From an uncultured Mycoplasma sp. (GTDB taxonomy: Bacteria > Bacillota_I > Bacilli_A > RF39 > UBA660), in the NCBI GenBank assembly GCA_945915275.1, contig CAMEEZ010000001.1, positions 8,204 to 72,203 on the forward strand: 64,000 bases of DNA, given 5' to 3'. The notes under the pieces were generated by a model. That model searched no databases. It worked only from the letters and a program-made list of their open reading frames with translations, and was not told the DNA's origin. The position numbers and the translations under genes were made by a program. Positions 58,520 to 64,000 of the stretch are shown piece by piece; within the stretch, counting starts at the first letter, position 1, and every line of letters starts with the position of its first letter.

Positions 58520-59350
58520 ATGACATTAAACGATGTTTGGACAATTTTTACTAAAATAGTTGATATTTTAATAGTATGGCTAGCATTTTATTATATTTTA
58601 AAAAATGTGAGAAATAATATTAAAATGGTATTAATTGTAAAAGGTGTATTTTTAGTTTTACTTGTAAAATTTTTGAGTAATGTGATGAATTTACATACTG
58701 TAGGTGTTTTAATTGAATATATTCTTCAATGGGGACCTCTTGCAATTATTGTGATTTTTCAACCAGAGATTAGAAGCGTATTAGAATCGATTGGTAGAAC
58801 ACAATTATTAGGTCGTCATAAAGTTTTGACTGTAGATGAAAGAGAAAAAATAGTATTTGAAATAATGAGAGCTATTGAATATTTAAAGAGAAATAGAATA
58901 GGTGCTCTTATTGTTATTGAAAGGGAAATATCCTTACAACAATATATTGAACCGGCCACTAAAGTTTATGCTGATTTATCTTATGATTTATTAGAAACTA
59001 TATTTTTCCCTAATAGTCCAATGCATGATGGAGGGGTAATAATTCAAGGAGATCGAATCACATGTGCAGGTGCAGTATTTAAAACAAGTATGGATTCTAG
59101 TATTAATAAAAGATTAGGGACAAGACATCGTGCTGCTTTAGGTATAGCTCAAGAGACAGATGCTATTGCTTTAGTAGTTAGTGAGGAAAATGGTCGTATA
59201 AGTATAGCTGTAGATAATGAATTAAATTATAATTTAACTATTGATGAGTTTAGAATTATGTTAATAGATGCATTAAATCCAAAAGCTGAAGTTTTCTATG
59301 AGGCTGATGTAAATGCTGATGAAGAAAGTGAGGATAATAAAAATGCGTAA
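58520..59350 (+). CDS. cdaA: diadenylate cyclase CdaA
   Basis: Three N-terminal TM helices. DAC domain motifs HDGGVII and GTRHRAALG. ATG 58520 after AGAGGAG. Confidence 0.92.
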   Translation: MTLNDVWTIFTKIVDILIVWLAFYYILKNVRNNIKMVLIVKGVFLVLLVKFLSNVMNLHTVGVLIEYILQWGPLAIIVIFQPEIRSVLESIGRTQLLGRHKVLTVDEREKIVFEIMRAIEYLKRNRIGALIVIEREISLQQYIEPATKVYADLSYDLLETIFFPNSPMHDGGVIIQGDRITCAGAVFKTSMDSSINKRLGTRHRAALGIAQETDAIALVVSEENGRISIAVDNELNYNLTIDEFRIMLIDALNPKAEVFYEADVNADEESEDNKNA

Positions 59351-60713
59351 AATTATAAAAGCAACAGGTAATTTTTTCAAAAAAATATATATCTTTTTTG
59401 ATAAATATTTAGTTACTCCAATTAGTAAATTCGTATTTAGAATTATTAGTAGTTTTAATAAAAAAACCGGTGGCTTAGAAAAATTATTAAATAGACCAAA
59501 TGTATTATTTTATATATCTTTAGTTTTAGCAGTAGTTGTTTTCTTGTTAATTGATTCTAAAGTAATATCATTAGTAGAAAATGAAGCAGAGGTTATAACC
59601 AATGTTCCTTTGAGTGTAAGATATAACGAAGAAGCTTATGTTGTGGAAGGAATACCTGAAGAAGTAGACGTTATTTTAACCGGACGAAAAAGTGATATAT
59701 ATTTAGCTAAACAATTAGGGGATCATGAAGTTATTTTGGATTTAAGTGATTATGAAGCGAGTTCTAATTCTTATAAAGTATATTTAACATATACAAAATC
59801 AGTAGAATCATTGTCTTATAAGTTAGACCCTTCGTATGTTACTGTAACTATCAAGGATAGAGTTAGTAAGTTATCAGATGTTACTTATGATTTAATTAAT
59901 TCAACAAAACTTGATTCGAAATTAAATGTTAAAAATGTAGAATTATCTAAGAATGAATTGGTTGCTAAAGGTAGTGAAGATACTTTAAATAAAATAGCTT
60001 CGGTTAAAGCTTTAATAGATTTAGATAATGAAGTATTTACTGAAGCGGGAACGTTCAATGTGGATAATATTCCTGTAGTAGCATATGATGCAAAAGGAGA
60101 AATATTAGAGAATATAACAATTGTGCCTGGAAGTTTATCAGCCACTATAACTTTAGATTCTTATTCTGAAAATGTTCCTTTATCAGTTTTAACTACAGGG
60201 AAATTAGTGACAGGTAAAGCTATTGCTTCGATTTTAATTAATAATAGTTCGAGTTTCTCTATTGATATTTTTGGAGATAAAGAAAAAATTAGTGAAATTA
60301 AAAATGTACCAGTAACAATTAATGTTGATGGTCAAGGTAATTCTGGTACTAAGACATATAATGTGACAATTTCAAAACCAAATGGAGTAAGACATATGAC
60401 TGCATCGACGGCAACGATTACTGTAACATTTGGAGAAGAAAAGCAAAAAACTATTGAAATTACTGATGTAAAATATCGTAATAAGACAGAGGGATATTCA
60501 GCAAATGCTTATGGCACAGATAAAGTATCAGTTCAAGTTAAAGGAGTTCAATCTGTAATAGATTCAATTGATCCTAATAATATTACGGCTTATGTTGATT
60601 TATCAGGGTTAACAGCTGGAGAATATGAATTAGATGTTAAATTTGATAATTTGGATCCAAAGGTTAATTTAGTAGCATTAAATAAAATGAATATTAAAGT
60701 AACAAAAGATTAA
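59343..60713 (+). CDS. cdaR: CdaA regulatory protein CdaR (YbbR-like domain repeats)
   Basis: The start overlaps the cdaA stop. N-terminal TM helix followed by repeated roughly 90-aa beta-rich modules. Conserved position after cdaA. Confidence 0.75.
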   Translation: MRKIIKATGNFFKKIYIFFDKYLVTPISKFVFRIISSFNKKTGGLEKLLNRPNVLFYISLVLAVVVFLLIDSKVISLVENEAEVITNVPLSVRYNEEAYVVEGIPEEVDVILTGRKSDIYLAKQLGDHEVILDLSDYEASSNSYKVYLTYTKSVESLSYKLDPSYVTVTIKDRVSKLSDVTYDLINSTKLDSKLNVKNVELSKNELVAKGSEDTLNKIASVKALIDLDNEVFTEAGTFNVDNIPVVAYDAKGEILENITIVPGSLSATITLDSYSENVPLSVLTTGKLVTGKAIASILINNSSSFSIDIFGDKEKISEIKNVPVTINVDGQGNSGTKTYNVTISKPNGVRHMTASTATITVTFGEEKQKTIEITDVKYRNKTEGYSANAYGTDKVSVQVKGVQSVIDSIDPNNITAYVDLSGLTAGEYELDVKFDNLDPKVNLVALNKMNIKVTKD

Positions 60714-60715
60714 CA

Positions 60716-60746
60716 TAAAAAAATGACAATATTGTCATTTTTTTTG
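60716..60746. terminator. intrinsic terminator after cdaR (between convergent genes)
   Basis: AATGACA (60722-60728) / TGTCATT (60733-60739), flanked by an A-run and a T-run. Confidence 0.8.
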
Positions 60747-60819
60747 AGTTATTAAAAATTTATATATATTTATTGAATTTTCTTTGGTATATCCTAAGTC
60801 TATTAATATAAGCCCTAAT

Positions 60820-61779
60820 TTATTTAAATAGTATTATTTGAGTTAAAATAATAAAAGTTGTTACTATAGTAATTAATAGGTATATAATTAGATTAGAAGA
60901 AAAACCATTATTATCCATTTTTTTATTTTTTACTAATTTTAGCTGGTTTTCTTGTTCTAATTGCATTTCATTCTTTTTTTCGTTTTGTAATTCATTAATT
61001 TTTGAATCTCTAGCAGTTGGATCAGAAATTTTGGGAGAATTATTAAGACTTAATATTTCATCTTGTAACTTATAGGCATAATCTTGTTCAATATTATTTA
61101 AACTTACAAAACAATTCTCTTCGGTTTTTATATGAAGGTTTGAACGATAGCCAAATGATGAATCACTTGGTTCTACTGATTGAGTTGCTTGACTAGTTAA
61201 AACCATTTCTTGAAGCACTGGTTCAATTAAATCTCTTTTTAATTCATCAGTATAGTAATGAGTAATATTTTTGTGTTCTTTTGATATATTATTATCTATA
61301 GTTTTAAGGTTTATATTACATAATGGAACATCACCTATATTAGAACGGACATCGAAAGAAATTACTTTTTTTATGTCTTTTGATTTATTATTCCTAATTA
61401 TATGTATTAATTCATCTTTTAATTTAATTATTTCAGAATTTTCTTTTTTATTTACATTAAGATATTCACAACTTTTTTCAAATAGAGTATATTTATCTTG
61501 TTCTGAAATGTTTAAATTATTTATATATTTTTGAAGTTCTTCATAATTATTAATTTCATTGTTTTCAATCATAGATCTAATAGTATTAAGCATATCATCT
61601 AAATTAACTGTTTTTGTTTTATTTGCTATTTTTTGTAATTCTTGGATAACAAACTCTAATTCTTCTTTTGTAGGATCTACAAGTTGTGCACCAACCACTT
61701 TTTTACAATTAAAATTTCCGAAATTATTGGTTACAATAAATTCATTGTTATTTTCATCATATATATGGTATTCTTCCAT
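60820..61779 (-). CDS. hypothetical protein with a C-terminal TM anchor
   Basis: 319 aa. SD AAGGAG. Single hydrophobic helix at the extreme C-terminus. No family recognised. Confidence 0.5.
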   Translation of the reverse strand: MEEYHIYDENNNEFIVTNNFGNFNCKKVVGAQLVDPTKEELEFVIQELQKIANKTKTVNLDDMLNTIRSMIENNEINNYEELQKYINNLNISEQDKYTLFEKSCEYLNVNKKENSEIIKLKDELIHIIRNNKSKDIKKVISFDVRSNIGDVPLCNINLKTIDNNISKEHKNITHYYTDELKRDLIEPVLQEMVLTSQATQSVEPSDSSFGYRSNLHIKTEENCFVSLNNIEQDYAYKLQDEILSLNNSPKISDPTARDSKINELQNEKKNEMQLEQENQLKLVKNKKMDNNGFSSNLIIYLLITIVTTFIILTQIILFK

Positions 61780-61880
61780 TTATTGCATCTCCTTACTATT
61801 ATTCATTATAATGATATAACAAATTGTAATGTTAAGCAATAATCTTAAATTAATAGAATTTGGTTTACGTAAATTAAATG

Positions 61881-61910
61881 TTGACTATATTTATTAATTA
61901 GTGGTAAAAT
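61881..61910 (+). promoter_or_regulatory. promoter of the pheST leader
   Basis: TTGACT (61881-61886), 18 nt, extended -10 TGgTAAAAT (61902-61910). Confidence 0.55.
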
Positions 61911-61919
61911 TGTTTTTAG

Positions 61920-62127
61920 AAAAGCGATGAAGATATTAAGTAATTATATATTTTCTAATACAGAGATGGGGTATTATTAGCTGAGAGTACTTCAAGATAA
62001 AATATATAATGAATTTCATTATTGGAGCTTTTAATAGTAATAGTGCTATAAACTAAGAAGAGCTAGAATCCTAGAATTTGGGTGGTACCGCGGGTTATTC
62101 TCGTCCCAAGTTGGAGGATTTTTTTAT
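61920..62127 (+). promoter_or_regulatory. T-box riboswitch (Phe, UUC specifier) controlling pheS-pheT
   Basis: Stem I elements are AGAGA (61962-61966) and GCTGAGAGTAC. The specifier is TTC-A at 61991-61994. The T-box sequence AATTTGGGTGGTACCGCG is at 62075-62092. The terminator pairs AATCCTAGAATTTGGG with CCCAAGTTGGAGGATT, followed by a T-run (to about 62127). Confidence 0.9.
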
Positions 62128-62143
62128 TTAAGGAGGAAATTTT

Positions 62144-63157
62144 ATGCAAGAAAAGTTAAAAGGTATAGTAAGTGAATGTATAAAAGAAGTTGATTCTTGT
62201 AATAAAGAAGCTGATCTTTTAGTCATCAAGTCTAAGTATTTAGGAAAGAAAAGTGAATTGTTTTCTTTATTATCATCTTTAAAAGATATGAGTATTGAAG
62301 ATAAAAAGAAATATGGGGGACTTTTAAATAAAATTAAGGGAGATCTTGAAGGCAAGATTAATCAAAAATTAGAAGAAATTAATAGTAAGAGTAATATTTC
62401 TTTTGATGACACTTTACCAGTTTCTATAGAGAATGGGTCTTTGCATCCAATTACTTTAGTTGGAAAAGAAGTTACTGATATTTTAAAAAGAATGGGATTT
62501 ACTATTTTATCCGGTCCAGAAATGGAAAAAGAATATTACAATTTTGTGGCTTTAAATATTCCTGATACTCATCCAGCACGAGATATGCAAGATACTTATT
62601 GGTTAAGTAATGGGGATTTGCTTAGAACACATACATCTCCAATGCAAGTTAGAGCTATGGAAAAGTATAAAGCACCATTAAAAATATGTGCTCCTGGAAG
62701 AACTTTTAGAAATGAAGATATTGATGCATCACATGAGAATACATTTTTTCAAATTGAAGGTATGGTTATTGATGAAAATGTATCAATTAGTAATTTAATT
62801 TATGTTATGAAAGGAATGTTAAAAGAAGTATTTAAAAAGGATGTTAATGTTAGATTACGTCCAGGATTTTTCCCTTTTGTAGAGCCAGGATTTGAGCTTG
62901 ATTGTAGCTGTTTAATTTGTGATGGTAAAGGTTGTCCAACATGTAAAAATACTGGTTGGATAGAACTTTGTCCTTGTGGAATGATACATCCAGAAGTATT
63001 AAGAATGAGTAATATTGATACTGATAAATATACTGGTTTTGCTTTTGGGATGGGTTTAACTCGTCTTGTAATGATGAAATATAAATTTAATGATATAAGA
63101 GTATTAAATTCTGGTGATTTAAGAATTCTTAAAAACTTTGATGGAAAGGAAGGATAA
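62144..63157 (+). CDS. pheS: phenylalanine--tRNA ligase alpha subunit
   Basis: Class II motifs: HPARDMQDT, FRNEDIDASH, FFPFVEPG, GFAFGMGLTR. 337 aa. Confidence 0.96.
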   Translation: MQEKLKGIVSECIKEVDSCNKEADLLVIKSKYLGKKSELFSLLSSLKDMSIEDKKKYGGLLNKIKGDLEGKINQKLEEINSKSNISFDDTLPVSIENGSLHPITLVGKEVTDILKRMGFTILSGPEMEKEYYNFVALNIPDTHPARDMQDTYWLSNGDLLRTHTSPMQVRAMEKYKAPLKICAPGRTFRNEDIDASHENTFFQIEGMVIDENVSISNLIYVMKGMLKEVFKKDVNVRLRPGFFPFVEPGFELDCSCLICDGKGCPTCKNTGWIELCPCGMIHPEVLRMSNIDTDKYTGFAFGMGLTRLVMMKYKFNDIRVLNSGDLRILKNFDGKEG

Positions 63158-63158
63158 T

Positions 63159-64000
63159 ATGTTAATTTCCTGTAATAAATTAAAATCATATATTAAAAAT
63201 AGTGATACAATTGATTGGATGAATATTTGGAATACTTTTACCATTCGTACTGCTGAAGTTGAAAATGTAGTAAAAAAAGGTGAAGATATGAAAGATGTTG
63301 TTGTAGCAGAAATTATAGAGTGTGAACAACATCCTAAAAAAAATAATTATCATATTTTAAAGGTATCAGATGGTACTAATTTATATAACATTTTATGTGG
63401 TGCTCCTAATGTTAAAGTTGGACTAAAATGTGCTTTAGTTAAAGTTGGTGGTATGGTTTCAGGATTTACTATAGCGGAAAAAAAGATTGCGGGAGTATTA
63501 AGTCAAGGTATGCTTTGTGCAACAGATGAACTTGGTATTGGTAGTGATCATTCCGGAATAATGGAACTTCCTGATGATGCAATTTTAGGAACTGATTTAA
63601 AGAGTATTTATCCAATTGAAGATATAATAGTAGAAATTGATAATAAATCTTTAACTAATAGACCGGATTTATGGGGTCATTATGGTATTGCTCGTGAAAT
63701 TGCCGCAATTACGGGTAATGAATTATTACCTTTAGAAATAGAAGAAATAGATAATGATAAAGATGATTTAAATATTACTATAGAAAATCCTGAATTGTGT
63801 TATCGTTATACTGGTTTGAGAATTGATAATTTAAAAAACAATAAAACACCTATGGATATGCAAATATTTTTACATTATACAGGGCAAAGAAGTATATCAT
63901 TAATGGTGGATTTAACAAATTATTTAATGTTAGAATTAGGGCAACCAATGCATGCTTTTGATTCAAAAGTGGTAAAATCTATTACTGTTGGTAATGCTAA
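63159..64000 (+). CDS. pheT: phenylalanine--tRNA ligase beta subunit (5' part; runs off the window)
   Basis: ATG 63159 lies 1 nt after the pheS stop. The frame is open to the window end. MLISCNKLKSYI... plus a tRNA-binding domain (CEQHPKKNNYHILKVSDG...CGAPNV). It is not in the ORF track because the ORF is unterminated. Confidence 0.88.
   Translation, partial: MLISCNKLKSYIKNSDTIDWMNIWNTFTIRTAEVENVVKKGEDMKDVVVAEIIECEQHPKKNNYHILKVSDGTNLYNILCGAPNVKVGLKCALVKVGGMVSGFTIAEKKIAGVLSQGMLCATDELGIGSDHSGIMELPDDAILGTDLKSIYPIEDIIVEIDNKSLTNRPDLWGHYGIAREIAAITGNELLPLEIEEIDNDKDDLNITIENPELCYRYTGLRIDNLKNNKTPMDMQIFLHYTGQRSISLMVDLTNYLMLELGQPMHAFDSKVVKSITVGNA

Noticed and set aside
785-63189. The other short track ORFs: 785-982, 10709-10897, 15711-15896, 16080-16268, 16732-16980, 19455-19751, 20028-20298 (two), 20670-20882, 24879-25118, 26753-26980, 28092-28304, 32478-32675, 37465-37797, 38607-38843, 43339-43533, 45524-45784, 49892-50131, 51512-51709, 51842-52105, 59885-60145, 61271-61534, 61559-61819, 62128-62355 and 62800-63189
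   Set aside because: All overlap strongly supported genes, either antisense or out of frame. They lack convincing Shine-Dalgarno sequences and encode hydrophobic or low-complexity products typical of spurious frames in AT-rich DNA.
1-64000. CRISPR arrays, IS elements/transposases, integrases, prophage genes, tRNA/rRNA genes, and a code-4 (TGA=Trp) reading
   Set aside because: There are no regularly spaced direct repeats, no transposase/integrase-like ORFs, and no tRNA cloverleaf or rRNA signatures. The prfB frameshift site and TGA-terminated ORFs argue against TGA being a sense codon.

Overview
This is a very AT-rich, gene-dense chromosomal segment, almost entirely on the + strand, from a low-GC Gram-positive bacterium (Bacillota). 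By inference it is a small-genome Erysipelotrichia/Bacilli-like lineage. It has peptidoglycan functions (FemAB-like, M23/LysM). TGA is a stop codon, because prfB carries the classic TGA +1 frameshift. Most of the window is core housekeeping. The core genes are hisS; prfB-tilS-ftsH; parA-parB-mscS-DUF951-abgT-ychF; rpsF-ssb-rpsR; rplI-dnaB; M23 peptidase-MBL hydrolase-rlmH-ung; typA; rplK-rplA-rplJ-rplL; rpsL-rpsG-fusA-tuf; eno-HAD-secG-(pilin)-rnr-smpB; DUF3048; cdaA-cdaR; and T-box-pheS-pheT (pheT runs off the 3' end). I saw no rRNA, tRNA, CRISPR array or IS/transposase. There are six accessory patches. (1) 1886-8403 holds a membrane HTH regulator, two GNATs, two SAM methyltransferases, a possible DNA-hypermodification-type protein and hsp20. 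(2) 16389-17763 (- strand) is a three-gene WXG100 operon. (3) 31179-33725 is a thioredoxin-like protein plus two unknowns. (4) 35629-38471 (- strand) is a tandem pair of paralogous anchored surface proteins. (5) 41205-42265 is a pilin-like trio sitting where rpoBC is normally found. (6) 46690-51533 holds miscellaneous envelope proteins. Six observations stand out. First, a His-codon-rich leader ORF with interlocking alternative hairpins and a terminator lies upstream of hisS, with no T-box, whereas pheS in the same window has a textbook T-box. Second, a leader sORF is embedded in a very long terminator hairpin upstream of an orphan methyltransferase. Third, ribosomal protein L11 carries a 55-aa acidic C-terminal extension. 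Fourth, the WXG100 operon has no secretion machinery nearby. Fifth, the tandem surface-protein paralogs have swapped C-terminal modules. Sixth, pilin-like genes are inserted into two otherwise highly conserved housekeeping gene strings. All functional calls come from motif recognition by eye; no searches were run.
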